Assembly: GCA_002633005.1 (NCBI GenBank)
Contig: NMRA01000046.1
Location: forward strand, 304,510 to 368,509
Source of the DNA: Phoronis australis
Taxonomy: Eukaryota > Animalia > Phoronida
DNA length: 64,000 nt
Direction: 5' to 3'
Below the pieces are notes generated by a model that was given only the letters and a program-made list of their open reading frames with translations, was not told where the DNA came from and did not search any database. The position numbers and the translations under genes are program-made. Numbering within the stretch: position 1 is the first letter of the stretch; each line of letters starts with the position of its first letter. Positions 1 to 14,300 of this stretch are shown here, one piece after another.

Positions 1-709
1 GTTGTTTACTGGTGTTTGAAAAACTGGCGTTCTTCTGCTAAAATTGAAGTGGGCTCTTGGGACTGCTCAAAGTCGGCTTTCGGCGATTACGTCACCTGAC
101 AAAAACAGCTTCTTTTCCCCCGTTTATTCTTCTATCAGCTGTTCTTCTCTGCCACGTTCCCCCGTTTATTTTTCTAGCAACTGTTCTTCGCTGCCACGAG
201 ATTGCGTACATGTCACAACGAATTGTCGGATCCGGTTTCATTTCTTTACAAGTTTTTAGTATTTTTAGGACCAGCAAACCGAATTTTAGAACAAACTTTG
301 CTACTGCGAAGCATCCCAAGAGATGTCGCAAAATATTAGGCGAGCGTAGTGTTTTAAAACGACGACGGCTGGTTACGGGAAAGATGAGTGTTAGAGGCCT
401 TGGCGCAAAGCTGTATACTAAATATGCAGGGTAAATACAGATATATGTGGGTAAAAAACTGCCCAGATAAAATATGATACAAAATTGGTGTCATTAAAAC
501 CTACTCACTTATTTGAGTAAATAAATTATTTTTTGGTTTTGGAGAAATTGGTGTTCAACCGTTACTCTGCTGTTAAAGTTGTGGAGCGATCTTCTGCGTC
601 AGCTTTCGGCGCCATAAAATATTGCGTCACATATTGGCCAGTTTCTTTTTTTGCCGATGCTTCACGCAATCAACTGTTGTTCTTCCTCGACTGGTTGCGT
701 ATATGTCAC
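1..709 (+). repeat. Dispersed unclassified repeat family F (partial tandem copies; 3' part resumes at ~1425-1600)
   Basis: Similar to 19440-20600 and to 46640-46968/47708-48090 (e.g. GTTGTGGAGCGATC, CCAGCAAACCGAATTT, CTAGCTGTATTTTGAC). Confidence 0.7.
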
Positions 710-1420
710 CATAGGCGGATTTAGAGAGGGGGCCAGTGGCCCCGCCCCCCCCCCTTTGGCTGCCGCAAAAAAATAAAACAGCAAGAGCGTAGGGAAATGT
801 TGAGTTTATTAATTAACCTAGGTAATTAAAACTATACGGATGAAACAAGATTTAAATGTGTGCAGTTTTAGTGTTTTGGGGGGCTCAGATCCAATTTCAA
901 GTGTCAAATTCGGAACACGGCGCAATCGTAACGGAACTATGGCTAAGTATAGGCTCTCCCGCGATATCCCAGGTGACCGGCAGTGGCGCTGCGCACTACG
1001 ACTCCGTTTCCGTCGTCTGCTCCACTGTGCAATGACGAAAATTTACTTCATTTTTTAAAGAAAATGGAACCTGAGTGACGATGAAAAAACAGAAGCTGCT
1101 GGTAAGGTGTGAATTTTAATCGAAGCCTTAGTGAATCACTCAGAAACTCATAATTCTCTCTTTGTCAAACCTTTACTTAAAACGATTTCCAAAGCAATCC
1201 CGTCATTATTGCCAACACGAAAAACGGATTTGGTCTTTTGGGCATTTGAAGACTATTTTAAATACAACAAATTTGTTACGAACCGAGTGCACAAAATATA
1301 AAACGTGTAATAAGCATAACAAAAAGAACTAGGTTTCGCGCTCAAACGCTGTGGACCATAAACAGGTAGGTCTCTTAGTAACAAAATAGGAGTCAAATCG
1401 TGGTGATGTAGTGGTAAGGC
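710..1420 (+). mobile_element. 3'-truncated copy of the 1-kb MITE at 39176-40199
   Basis: Highly similar (roughly 90% by eye) to 39176-39890; begins CATAGGCGGATTTAG. Confidence 0.9.
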
Positions 1421-2539
1421 TAGCACCCCCGTCCTGTCTTTAGCTTTACATGTTGATACAAGTTTCACGGCAAGGTGACGAGCAGAAATACCCTGGCTGT
1501 GTGCAATTTCTGGGTCTACGGAACAAATACACCACTTTTTTACCCATGTACCTAGCTGTATTTTGACGACAGTCTTCATACAACTAGCTGGCTGGTTACA
1601 ATTGAGATCTGCAGTTCTTCAATGCATCGTAGGCCCGGCGTATAGGTAATCCGGCCCAAATCGGAATATTCTGATTTGGGTTGTTCCCATAGGCCTAACG
1701 GAATTCTGATACTGTCGGCTCATATCGGAATTTATCCTAGTATGTGCGTGATAGTATAGCCTTGAAATACGAGTCGTATTGTGTGATGTGATATGGAAGA
1801 GCTACCGTTTCCGTATTTAATGAGCATTCAATACGGATTTTCCCTATTTTGCACACAATACACTACAATTACATGTAACATGTTTGTATATATGGTATCG
1901 TTTCGGGTTCAGCTCCGTGCGCAATATTTTCACACGTCACCACTATGATAATATGTGTTTTTAAAATTAAACAATTCCGTGAAATATGTTGACAAATTTT
2001 CTTAATATGCCGTATGGTTTGCACCTGAACAAAACATTTCAATCACAAAATGTCTCGAACTTGCCACAATATGCATAGTAATAAGATTTGTCAGTCCGTT
2101 GTCGCATGATTGTATGCAATGTACGTAACGGTAACAACGCGTTCAGGCGGAGTTCCAAGTTTAGTTATAGTGTTTGACAATCTTTCTAGTACTTCCGGGT
2201 ACTTTGATTAATTTTTCCTTGATTGTTGTTAGAATGCAAGCGGTTTTGGGATCATCATCGTGATTCGTTTCGGTGTATAATATGAGGCAACTCCTACACT
2301 ATGGTAATATACGGGGTTTTGTTACCCCATCGCCAAAGCGAGCTCAAGCTAGACTGTGACTAACCGGCCCTGATCGATTCATAAATTTATGCGGGTGGCA
2401 CAAATTTCTCTTATAATGCATCGATTTTAAAAATTCGAAGACAGATACTATTTTACTTTTCAGTTTTAAAAACACGGCATGTTGGTCGTTTTGGCTATGT
2501 TATTTTGACTTTAAAACTAGTGTACTTAATATGTGCATT

Positions 2540-2830
2540 ATTATTTACGGCGTCAAGTAATTTACGTCGCTAAAAGTTACTTTACGCCACGTAAAGTAAT
2601 TTAAGCCGCAAATAACTACTTTTCTCCGCAAATAATTACTTTAGGTCGTTAAAAGTTACTTTACGCCACGTAAGGTACGCCGCAAATAACTTTTCTCCGC
2701 AAATCGCCGTTAAAAGTTACTTTACGTCGCAAGTAGTTGTCGGTACATTACGCCGCAAATAATTACTGAACGCCTCTTACTTTACGCCTCGAGCAAGAAT
2801 TAACTTACGCACGTAATTTACGAGCGTAAC
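2540..2830. repeat. Degenerate ~20-bp tandem repeat (AAAAGTTACTTTACGCCRCRW)
   Basis: About a dozen imperfect units visible. Confidence 0.75.
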
Positions 2831-3098
2831 GTTCATTCATTTGACCAACGGCACGTCCGATCTCTGACGGTGACATCAAGCCTGATTTGATGTGCCTATC
2901 GAGGAATTCGCTGGATACTCTTGGGTGAACAGTGCTCGCTTTCCCGTCAACTTGCGCGCAAATTCTCAGTGATAGGCCGACGCTTATGACATAAAGGTTC
3001 TGTTTAATTTGAATTTAGTCGTCGGTTCCAACAACATTTTAATTACTTCGCATGCGGAGTTTTGCTAAAAAGCTCCGCACAGGAGACTTTGTGCTGCT

Positions 3099-3623
3099 AT
3101 GTTTTCCACCGCCTTTCACGCCTTCCTTCGTGTTAGCCAATTTACTGTCGCCACCTCTGCCTCACCCCCAATTTCTGTCCTCCAGGTCTCTGACGTCTCA
3201 GTCACTTCTACGTCCATGTCTCTCACTATCTCCCACTTCAAACACCACGATCACACCCCTACCATTCTCGTTATCCCCCGTTCTACCGGTCCCCATTGCC
3301 CTGTTGCAACACTTCAACACTACCTCACTCTCTCCAACCACTCTTCCGGCCCTCTCTTCCAGTTCCCTAACGGTTCCCCCGTAACTTGCTCTTACTTCAC
3401 TCGCCACCTTAAATTGGTACTCGGGTGCGTCGGTCTCGATCCTCAACGCTATAAATCTCATAGTTTTCGTATTGGTGCAGCCACCTCCGCTGCTATCCTC
3501 CAAATTCCAGACTCCACCATTCAGCGCTTAGGTCGCTGGAAGTCTGACGCGCTCAAGAACTACATTCGTCTCTCCTCCTTAAACTTGCCTGCTGCTAACA
3601 TTCCCACTCCTTCATTGACGTGA
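3099..3623 (+). mobile_element. Tyrosine recombinase C-terminal domain of a DIRS-order (Ngaro-like) retrotransposon, 5'-truncated
   Basis: AFHAFLRVSQ...FKHH...HCPV...HSFRIGAAT...LGRWKSDALKNYIR; C/T-rich composition; no RT/RNase H upstream. Confidence 0.85.
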
Positions 3624-3689
3624 TCATCCACCACCCAGGGGCAGCTCTACAGTCAGTGCTTCCCCCTCCTTACACCGCCTGTTCCTCCT

Positions 3690-3930
3690 GGGGGCGACTG
3701 TATTGCCAGTGCCTCCCCTCGCTCACCCCCTTTTCATCACGGGCAACTGTATTGCCAGTGTCCCGTTCATGGGCACCTGTATTGCCAGTGTCTACTTCAC
3801 TCCCTCATTTATCACCCTAGGGCGCCTGTATTGCCAGTGTCCCGTTCATAGGCACCTGTATTGCCAGTGTCTACTTCACTCACCCCATTTATCACTCTAG
3901 GGCACCTGTATTGCCAGTGTCCTACTTCAC
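3690..3930 (+). repeat. Tandem array of GGGCACCTGTATTGCCAGTGTC core (6 copies, alternating ~30/49-bp spacing)
   Basis: Cores near 3691, 3741, 3771, 3820, 3850 and 3899. Confidence 0.85.
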
Positions 3931-5613
3931 TCATTCTCCATTTTCATTGGCATGCCCTTTCCACTCACCTTTTCGGAGTTCTCCCTCCCGCGCACTCTTT
4001 CCCGCCCCCTTTATACATTTTTGGTTTACCCCATGCCCTATTATGGGTTATTCTCCACTTAGCATTTTTTTTCCATACTTTATATAGGTTTACTTTTGAC
4101 AGTGCCACCGTTTGCTGTTACGTATCTGTATGTATCTTCGTACATGCCACCGTTTTTGTTTACTTATGCTTATATAGACAGCGTGCTCAGGTTTTGTTGG
4201 TTGATACGTTCCTTATGTATATATATTCCTTAGTTTTTATCTAATCATGTCAGACTTATATTCTTCTGGGGTTCAGTTACTATGATTTCGACGCCTTGTT
4301 GTGTCGCTCTATAATTTTGTTTTGTTTTGTCATGCTGCCTAGCTGTACCACTCCATGTTCGTATTTTCCTATTTACGTGCTTACTTTTGCCCCCTTTTTT
4401 CTTATATCCCTTTTGGCAGCCTCGCTCGCTCTCCCTTGGGTGGGCGGATGCATCTTTCTGCTGCATCTGTAGCAGATTGTCACCCACCTTTACAGTTCAA
4501 CATATTATGTAACTTTTGTAATTACCGATATCTGTAGTAGTTTAGTTTGTCATAATATATATGACCTTTTATCTCATCTACCCGTGTTGTTTCACTGTAA
4601 ACTAGCTTCGGTATCGCTTCGCACTAGTTAGCGCATATAAAAATATTCCTCACGTGGCATATAGATGGTCTCTTCAGTACAGCGGCAGTTTCTCGATAAG
4701 TGGCGCCCTCTTCGTACATGTGGCTGTAAGTTCTGCAGACGCCGGTTTGTGGAAAATGCTTGCAAAACAAAAACAATATTTAGTTCTATCTTACTCGTTA
4801 TGTTTTCACTCACACGTGGACTTCTTGCAATCCGGACCTAACAACATTTTTGTGAACACGTTTATTGAAATAAGTCGCACCGCTGAATAAGGCCGCATAT
4901 GCCACGCAGCAGCTTATTATGTGAGCCAGGGCGGATCATGCGTGGCCGCGGCACAAATTCCACTCCTGGGCACCTTCACTCCGTAGACGCGCCGACAATA
5001 TTCCACGCGCGATTATCAGGGTACTGAGCTTCATATCAGCGGTGGCCGAACTGCATAGTCGGATCTTGGTTTGGAGTTGGTTACTTGGTACGTGCTGTCC
5101 GAGAGTAAAGAAATGCAAACATTTAGCTTGGTGGCACAATGAAATCCAATCCGTTCTACTGCTAAGTTTAAGGACGTTTTTTTTTACTGAAAACGGTAAT
5201 TTTAACCAGCTCAGGTCTTAACCACATTTTTCCGATTTCCAGAATACATGCCATTCGCCCTGAATAAGTAGTCGCGAGCCGCTAAGACTTCTACAATCTG
5301 AATACATCATAAGCACTTGCCGTGAATCCGGTAGCGAAGTCAGGCGGCCGAGGTATATCAATACGTTGATAAAAAACGCGTGCATTGAAGGTCACGGTTG
5401 GAAAATCGCGCATTTTAAGTCTGGTCTAGACTACTCAACTTAACCTAACTTGTTTGCTAACACAGCCAAATACGGAAATTCAAAACGCTTTGGATAGTTT
5501 CGCTAGTGCAGACTAGTGGAACTGCCAAACTGTAATAAATCAGAGATGGGTCATGCTTGCCAATATTTAACACATTTAATGTGAGTAGATAAGTGAAAGG
5601 GATAATTAAGGAT

Positions 5614-5767
5614 CTGTGGCGGATTTAAGGGGGGAAGAGGGCCATGCCCCCCCTAAAATTCTTCCAGATTCCATTTGGCAGTTCGGCGGTGCGAATGTCT
5701 GACGGGCAAAACCTTGGCTATTACTCTGCCCTGGCCCCCCTAACTCAAAATCCTGGATCCACCCCTG
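5614..5767 (+). mobile_element. ~155-bp MITE of the GGCGGATY(T/C)AG-ended family
   Basis: Homologous to 24589-24747 and, reversed, to 50476-50633; flanks AGGAT/AGGAC. Confidence 0.8.
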
Positions 5768-8185
5768 AGGACAAACAAAAAATGAGAGGGCGACTGCAAG
5801 CATTGCTGTTGCTGAGAAGTACCGCCGCCGCTGAAACTGTAAAAGAAGTCTCACACATGTGGAATAGAGCCTGGATTCAAAAAAAAAAAACAATGAGCAT
5901 GGAGCTATCAGGTTTCAAAATTGTTCTAGCGTTGAGGACGGTTTCATCCATAAACTGTTGACAGATGTGAAATCGCTACACAACAGAATGAGAAAAGAAA
6001 GACCTCATTGGCATTCTGATATGTGTAGGTCCGTGATTTATATATTTCGCATTTACTTGGTATTGTTTCTGCAACCTGGATATTTAGAGCCCTGGAGTGC
6101 CTGGGTTTGTAGATATTGTTCATTTAACTGGTAATATCCAACTTAACATCACTCAACGTCGGCAAGTTAGTAACGCATTATAATTAAACCCATGTACATT
6201 AGCAAACTTTTGCAAATTCAGTTTTGCAAACAAACGATTTGCTGCTGTATACATCATTTTACGAATTTCAGGCATGTTATTCTTGAGAAATTTCACTGAT
6301 CCTTTTGCCCAACTGCATATCCACACTGTCCGAAGAACAGGAGATGCGAGACAGTACTAACTTCGTGAAGTATGTAATCTGGATATCTCGTCGGCCGCGC
6401 CACATGACGCCCAAGGTACACATCCTAAAAATACTGTGTCGTCAGTCAAAAAGGAGGACAGGTGAGATGCGACGACGAATAAACATTTTCCACAGGGTGA
6501 TCGTCCGCAATAACAGACACTTACAGCCTTATCTCGTGTGATGCGCAAACAGTGGAAGTCCAAATGCCAATAGAATTAAAGCCTAATAGAAATCGTGTCA
6601 TATCGTAACTGCTATAGTACCTAGGTACATTGACCAGTCCTCATGTTCACGAGAATGATCGGCTGATGGGATGACGTCCAGATAACGAACTTCATGATGG
6701 TCGAGCCCAGTGGAAATTTTAGGACTGGGAACACGACGGCATTTTGTAATCATTGGTGTCTGAAAAATTTCCACTGCTGATCCCATAGTTCAAATCACCG
6801 TAGCATACTCGAAACAGCAATCAACACCACCAAATGAAAAAGATCACAAAATTTATTAAACAGACCGTTTACATAAGTATTTACTGCACCAATAAAATAA
6901 GAACATATAAATAAGCACATTTTACTGAGAACTTCTTGAGAAGGAATTACCAGGCACCAGTTAAAGATACAGGATGACCTGTCACCCTTATCAGGAACAT
7001 AGACATATGTTGTCACCATGGCTCAACAACCTGTCTGGGGAAAGTAAAACTTTGACCTTAGGTGGGAAAATGTTGTTACAGGTGGAAACAACTATACAAA
7101 CTATGTGGATAAAACACAAAAACATACAAGTTCCGAAATTGTGGTGGACAGATTGTTGAGAGGGCATTTCCCTGCAAAAGCAATACAATTAAAATAATGG
7201 GCCTGCAGGTAATGACAGTTTTCCTCTTAAAAAATCCTGGACTTGCCCAAGGAACGTTTAGGTACTTTAGTCAGGATTAAGGCTAATGATAGTTCCTATC
7301 TCCCAAACCACTTAAGGCAGATTCAAACACCAAACTTGGTTTGCTTTAAAGAATGGGTTTTTCAATGACAACTAATCCTCAAATTTACAATAGTTGATAA
7401 TCTCACTTGTTAAACATTCCTTAATGTTAAGTGGCTATTCCTTATGCCACTGATATTAAGTACTATGGGGAATTTCCACATACAGGCGCCCTAAGTACAG
7501 GCATAGAAGCCTTTATTCAGAAAATGTTCCGATTATATGGTTTGAAGGGCTTCCCATAATGAACAGTCAGTGAGCCTTATGAGAATCATGACATAGCACA
7601 TTATTGGCTTATCTATCACAATAAAGTGGTATGATTAAGACCAACTCGTTTATCTACACATATTCATCATCATCACGCACCCATGTTGCCAGGAATATTT
7701 TCGTTTATGAGGTGCCTGTTTACAAAAATACCCTGGGAATATATTTGGAGTAGTAGGGAGGTAAAAAATATGGCGTTTTCTATTATACGCCCTGGGCCTT
7801 ACAAACAGAATTCTTTGGAATGAATTAACTGATACCCTTTCCAACTAATTTAAATGTTCGAGTGAGCAAAGCATCACATTGGAAATGACATACACAATTC
7901 AATTTCTTAACTCTTCATATGTGATTCTTCAAATATCCCAGAGCTCAATTCAAACTAATTTTTTTGGCCATAATTCACTAAATCATAAATCTAAAAAATC
8001 CAAAATCAACTTATTCGGAATTCCCCCTATTACCATTTTACCCTTAAATACCAGGCCTAGATGCCATACACCCCTCTTAAGTCATAATGCCCTCAACCCT
8101 GTATGGTGGAGTGATGCTGAATACGCTCACACAATGCAGAACAAATCCATCACAAATCAACACTAGATACACTGCAGTAGTTAAT

Positions 8186-8356
8186 TCACTCAGTCTCTTG
8201 TTCTACTTCTTCAACATTTAGACAAGTATCATGCAGCAGTCTAGCCTCAGCCAGAGTCTGTGAACGATCTGTGGATATGACACAGCGTGGGTAACTTGTG
8301 GAGATACAATACCTCTGTTGACTGTAGCCTAGTAGGTTCATATAGTTCAACAATGT
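8186..8356 (-). CDS. UBXN8: UBXN8-like exon 7 (end of UBX domain, stop)
   Basis: TTTCAG acceptor, TLLNYMNLLGYSQQRYCISTSYPR...LNVEEVEQETE*. Confidence 0.9.
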   Translation of the reverse strand, partial: TLLNYMNLLGYSQQRYCISTSYPRCVISTDRSQTLAEARLLHDTCLNVEEVEQETE

Positions 8357-11300
8357 CTGAAATATACCCATCCAATATTAATAATGAAAAACCATAATGC
8401 TGAAAATAAAGGCTAAAACGGCTATTCTTCACTTTCGGTTATTCATATGACTTTATTTATATAAAGAAATTTCATTTGACTTTATTTTAGTCTCATATTG
8501 AGTGGCTTGGCATTATATCAGTCCCATATTGAGTGGCTTAGCATTATCTTTGAAGACTTATTAAGTGCATTAAGATTGTTTATTTTAACAAAAAACATTC
8601 AAGCAAGTGTAAACTTAGAGGAACCAAATAAACAACCAGTTGTCATAGAGTGACCAAAATGTCCACCGCCAGCACATTTCTAAGACTACAACAACAATCA
8701 TTTTGAAAAAAATTTGGCTATGGGTAAATTGATCCAGAGTGCCTCAAATACATGGGACAGCTTGGAGAACGTATGGGTCATGTTCATATTTAATGTCCTT
8801 TTTATATATTAATGTGTGTGTTTCCATCTGCTGCCTCAGCATGTTTACCCAATTTGATTGGTTTAAATAGCTCACTGCATTTCAATTGATTCAAACACAA
8901 AAATCCTCAGCTGGGATCTGTATTTTCACAATAAGCAAGAACACACAACACTAACTTTTTTGCTTGGGTCATCAACATTAGTTTTGATCAGCCTCTCTGC
9001 ATTGTCGTATTAAAATCTGACAGTTATTCAAGACAAAATAAGGTGCGCATGAGACTCAATATAAATGAGCCTGTTAACCCAAGTTGAAGTGCTTAAAATT
9101 ACCAATTTCATATCAAAGACCCAAAAACAACCCCACCAGTCAATCAGCTGTCGAATTAGAACACACACAAACACTGTCTGACAATATGTTATTAACATGA
9201 CTTCGAGTTACAAGCATTTATTCATCAAAGCATACTGCGTAAACCAATCACAGCATTAGTCATCTCCTTTGTGTTTAGAGTGAAAAGTCAGGAGATATTA
9301 CACCTTGATTTTCTGTAGTTTATGGTATCATATGGACTAGCGAGGCGTTGCAATTGTGGTGGTTGACAATTATTATTTGAACACACTGTGCTCTTTCTAC
9401 TTTCTTGTGGGAACCTGGAGAAGTGCTGAGTTTGTAAAAGAAACTAGAGTGTTGGTGGACATTGCACACTGTCACTGGATACATTCATGTATGTTACAGT
9501 CATGTGCGTAGAGCTAAGAAACTTTCAACAGGGGACTTTCATATTGGTGTTCTCTAGAGTAATGCGAGAGAGAAAGCAGCTTCCATTTGATCCCGGCACA
9601 GATTTGGTAGACAGAAATTCACTGCTACATATAATGGTTCATTAATTAACAAGAGCAACGCAGAGCGTTGAAATGCGCCCACGAATGCATCGCAAATGGT
9701 GTGCTTGTATCATTAAAATGGCCACTAGATGGCGCAAAATACGTCGAATCTGTCTGAAAACCAAAAAAATGTCATCGTTTCTTTACAAGAAAGCCATTTA
9801 CCAACTTTAATAACTTAAAATTCGCTGAGGAACTTCAGAGAAACAGAGGAAAACAAAAAACGAAACTGCGACTAGGGGGCACAGTGTTCATCGGATCTGT
9901 CTAAAAGTCGTCATCTTCTCTTGTTAACTTCATATAAATACATGTCCTAAATTTAATAAAGTTCCTGCTGAAGGCTTAGGAGATATAGGTAGGGGTGCAA
10001 AAAAAAAACAAAACCGCCACTAGGAGGTGCCACAGTATTCGAAGTCATCAGAAAATCATCGGTAACTGTCCCCTTCATAGAAAGTACATACATGCCAACT
10101 TTCACAATCATCCTTAGAGTGGTTTGGTTAACAGAGCGTCGAACGCCACAAAACAGACTCAAAAACAACAAAAATGGCCACTAGGTGGCGTAAAAAAACT
10201 TGAATCAATACGAAGATGAATGGCTAGTGTCACCTCACTAATAGATGTCTATGTGCCAAATTTTATGGAAATCCGTTGAGTACCTTTGAAGATACAGCGA
10301 TAAACGTAAAAAAATAAATTGCCCCTAGGGGGCACACTGGTAGACCCAGCTCTCTCTACAACATGAGGACAAGGCAGTCAAATAATGTAATGTCACCAGG
10401 AGATGCTCTCTCCCCAACGTGAGGACAAGGCAGTCAAATTGTAATGGCACAAGGAGATGCTCCCTCCACCTATACTTCACTATTAAATACAAAAAGCTTT
10501 CTTCTTGAAATATTGCGCCAGTAACATTTTCCCAAAAGAATACTTGTTAATTTCCGGTTGTGACTTTAAAAAAGGTCAAGCTCACCAAAATCGACTGGCA
10601 TCTGGAGATGCCCCACCTATGATCTAAATGCAAAGCTTCCATCTTGAGATATTGCCCTTTTGTTTTCTAGGTCGTCAAAATCAATTGGTGCCAAAAAACA
10701 TCCATCTACAGCTTAGTACAAAATAGGAACAAATTTAAAACTTTTTTCGTGCCAACATTTTCCCCAAAACAAAACTTGATTATCAAAGTGTTACCTTGAA
10801 ACTAAGGTCAAGGTCACAAAATAAAGTCAAGGTCACAAAATAAGGTCAAGCCCACAAAAATCAAATGGTGTCTGGAATTGCCACATATTCACTTCAGTAT
10901 AAAATATAATTACAATCTCAAGCTCCTTTCTTGAGATATTGCGCCAATAATATTTTGCCCACGTCATAGCTTGATTTGATTGCTGTGGAATGGAAATAAC
11001 GTCAAGATCATTGAAATCCACTGGCCTCTGTAGTCGTTGCTTCACCTGCATCTCAGTAGAAAATATGAGCACATTCTAAAATTCTATTTGTGAGATATCA
11101 CGCTAACAACATTTTCCAAACTTAAACTTGAATTTTCACAATGTGACCTTGAAAACAAAGTCAAAGTCAACTAGCAATTGGAGCTGTCCCACCTTGAACT
11201 CAGTGCAAAATATGAATGAAATCTAAAGCTTCAGATGTCATGAATACTAGGGCTTGGAATGACCCATGGCAAAACAGCGGAAATTTTTACGGCCCCAAAC

Positions 11301-14300
11301 ATGCGCATACCCAGCCTTGAAAATGTCGATGTGGACCTTTTGCCGACAAAAATCAAGAGGACTAAAAAAAACCACCTCCAGAAGCGTGCGTCTGCGTCTA
11401 TTTAGCTCATCCGTCCACACCCACCTCCACACATTTTTGGCTGTAGAGTCGTAGTATTTGTCACTGCGATTTACAATCTCACGAGACGCCATTGAAGAAA
11501 TCCACCACGCTATCCCAGGTGACCCGGCAATGTTGACAATTTAGGTTCCTCCGAAACATAAAGAGAAACTTCCGCTTTTCGAGGTGAAAGTCGTCGGCAA
11601 CGCCGCGGTAAGAAAGGAATTTGCCGTGGAAATTTTATATCAAATCCGATTTTTTTACGCGGAAATATAATACAATACGCGGACAAAACATTTGAAAAAA
11701 GCGGAAATCCGCGTTTCCGCAGAAAATTCCAAGCCCTGAAATACTGTCTCCCTTCGCGACGCGTTATTGCGCAGTGTAGGACAGTACATAAATTTTACTC
11801 ATTTGATATTCGATCAATAAATTCTTCCAGTGATTTATTTTCTTATGTGCTGGCCAAACCATCAAGCAAAAATTAAAATTTTTAACTTGCAATCCATTAG
11901 CGAGCAGTCAAGTACAACGTGGCAACAACATGCCTTGTTAATAGCATTAAATTTCACAAATCCTAAACCGTATGAAAGTTCTGAGATTTTACTTGCAATT
12001 CTTTATTTACGTGCAATTTTCTCACCTGCATTTCATCTGACTTCAAAAACCTTCGCCTGTGTATACGTCCAAGTGGGGTTCTCAAGGACACTGTAATATG
12101 TTCTGGGTCATCCAAAGATGGTTCTGGTGGTATTGTTATGACCTGCAACAGCATGAAAGATATATACGAGTCCCTACAATTAGCCACTACAGAGAAGAAA
12201 TTTGTATTAAAGTTGCTTTATTACAGTAGAACATAACATATTGAAATCAAACAGATGTTGCAATGCCGTGCACTTACCAACGAATAAACATATAAAATAG
12301 TAAAACTAGTAAAACTAAAATGACGAGCGTCGGTATCGACGCTCGTCATTTTAGTTTTACTAACATATGATATTCAAGCCACATAACATACAATACACGA
12401 AAAGCTATAAGAATTGTATGTATTATTATATTATGTGACTTGAATATGATGCTAGTGTTAATGACTCATTCTTTACCTGTCGTGACCTTGGGACAATTAC
12501 TATGTAAACTGAAACCTGACGCAAAATATAATTTCTGCCAACTAGAGAGACTATATATTTTTGGGCTGTTATATGTAAAAGGAAATTAATGTTCTTTTCA
12601 ACAGAACATGCCTAAATGAAAATTTGCTGCCCAAATATTCCTGACTTCCTAAAGCTATCTTTTTCCACCAGGATCAAATCCGTGCATGCCAATAAATGTG
12701 TAGTAATAGTAATATTCCTATCTCATATTTCTGTATTCCTAAACAGTTACAAATTCCTTACTTTCCTTTTCCTTGGCTCATTCTTTGGAGGTTGTGGTGC
12801 GTTGGTGACATTTTCTGGTAGGTGGCGGGCAATAGCAGCATCTCTGCCACTCCTCCTGTTGGCGGGATAGGTAGATAAACCATCGTCAGGCTGAAAGAGA
12901 AAAACTGGATTAACATTAGGAGTAGGTAATAACCTGAATCTAAAACTTGCATGCCAGCTACTAGGCTAAAATGGAATGATGGCATTCTGTTTTAAAAAAA
13001 GTAATAAATTCATTTCAAAACAACCACCCTTAGATGCATAATATTAAAGGTATAACATTTTCAAAGTCAATATCAAACTACCGGGGTATATCAAATTAAG
13101 ATCTATTGCATTGGTAGAAAACACTCTAACTCAGTCTGAAGAATGAACTTGAGACAACAATCACACTTAACATGCTAAAGTGCAGAATAATTAGATTGAG
13201 ATGGAAATGAATTTACAAGGCATGCAGCCACATTAATGTTTGGACCTCCTGGACAATCAATTTAGCCATCATTTCCAATGTGTCTCCATCAAGAAAAAGC
13301 CTCCATCATTGCCAAATTTTGCCCTGAGGGATACTTGATAAAAACAGATTATGCAAGAGTCTGTCCGTTGACCGAAAAGAATACAACCTCACCAGGCTGG
13401 CATATGAGTCAAGTTTATGACAGTACTTGACCAATGAGCAAGTGTCTTGGTACATCTCAGGGCAAATATGGGAGGCTCTTTCAGAACCACATTCCCATGT
13501 CTGGCACATGCGGAAAATGTGGGTAAGATGTTAATATTTCCAAGTTGTTATCTTTAAAAGTATCTGTCCATTGATAAGTTGATCACTTGTCAACAGAAGC
13601 GCCATCAGACTTCTCTTATAGTAGCCAAGCAACCGGCAAAGTGAAACTTTCCTCTTGCAATATATCTTGCCCAAGGCATAGTGCGGACATAGCCAGTGGC
13701 AATACCAGTTGGCAAAAACCGCCACTTTTTTCAAAAGAAACCCCTGGCCATTCTTTTCGAACATAACCAAAATTCCAAACATAGTGCCGCTTCATCAACA
13801 CACCTTCCCACAACAAGATCTGCTACAACCCTCAGGTCAACTCACCCCTAATCTATCTCCACGACCTTTCCAGGCAGGGCCACTGAACCTGTATAATTCT
13901 TCCTCAGCAGCTCTCTGTTTAGCTTCTTTTCTTGGCTTCAGCACCCTTTCAATATACTCTGTTGACTACAAGAATGCAAGAGGCATGTATGTCTCCCGGA
14001 GTAAAACAGTTGTTAGTTCATAATACACGAAACAACCTTAGGAATAACTGCATCAAAAAAGTTTACAATGCTCGTTCTAGCCTCCAGCGAGCAGTCAACT
14101 TCGTGCAAGCACAGAAAAGTCAAGTTCTGGACTACACTGACTTTCTTATTTGCAAAGTGACGAGAACAGATAATTAGTCACACAGTGAAATTATAATGGT
14201 GTTGCTGTTAACCACCAGACATAAAGATCCTGCAGAGCCTTTAGGAGATACAGCCATGGGTGCAAAAAAAAAAACGAAACTGCTACAAAGAGGCACCACA

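Noticed and set aside
840-1058. ORF conserved with 39311-39532
   Set aside because: Similarity reflects recent MITE duplication, not coding constraint; no known motif.
3690-3930. CRISPR-like repeat-spacer array
   Set aside because: Spacers are homologous to each other, the context is eukaryotic, and there are no cas genes.
4560-7200. Possible gene or promoter in the CpG-richer intergenic stretch
   Set aside because: No spliceable conserved ORF recognised; probably unclassified TE remnants.
12188-12196. TACAGAGAA METTL16 nonamer
   Set aside because: Lies on the strand antisense to UBXN8 and outside MAT.
13200-13820. Cluster of short minus-strand ORFs in UBXN8 intron 4
   Set aside because: Looks like decayed coding sequence, but I could not recognise any family motif.
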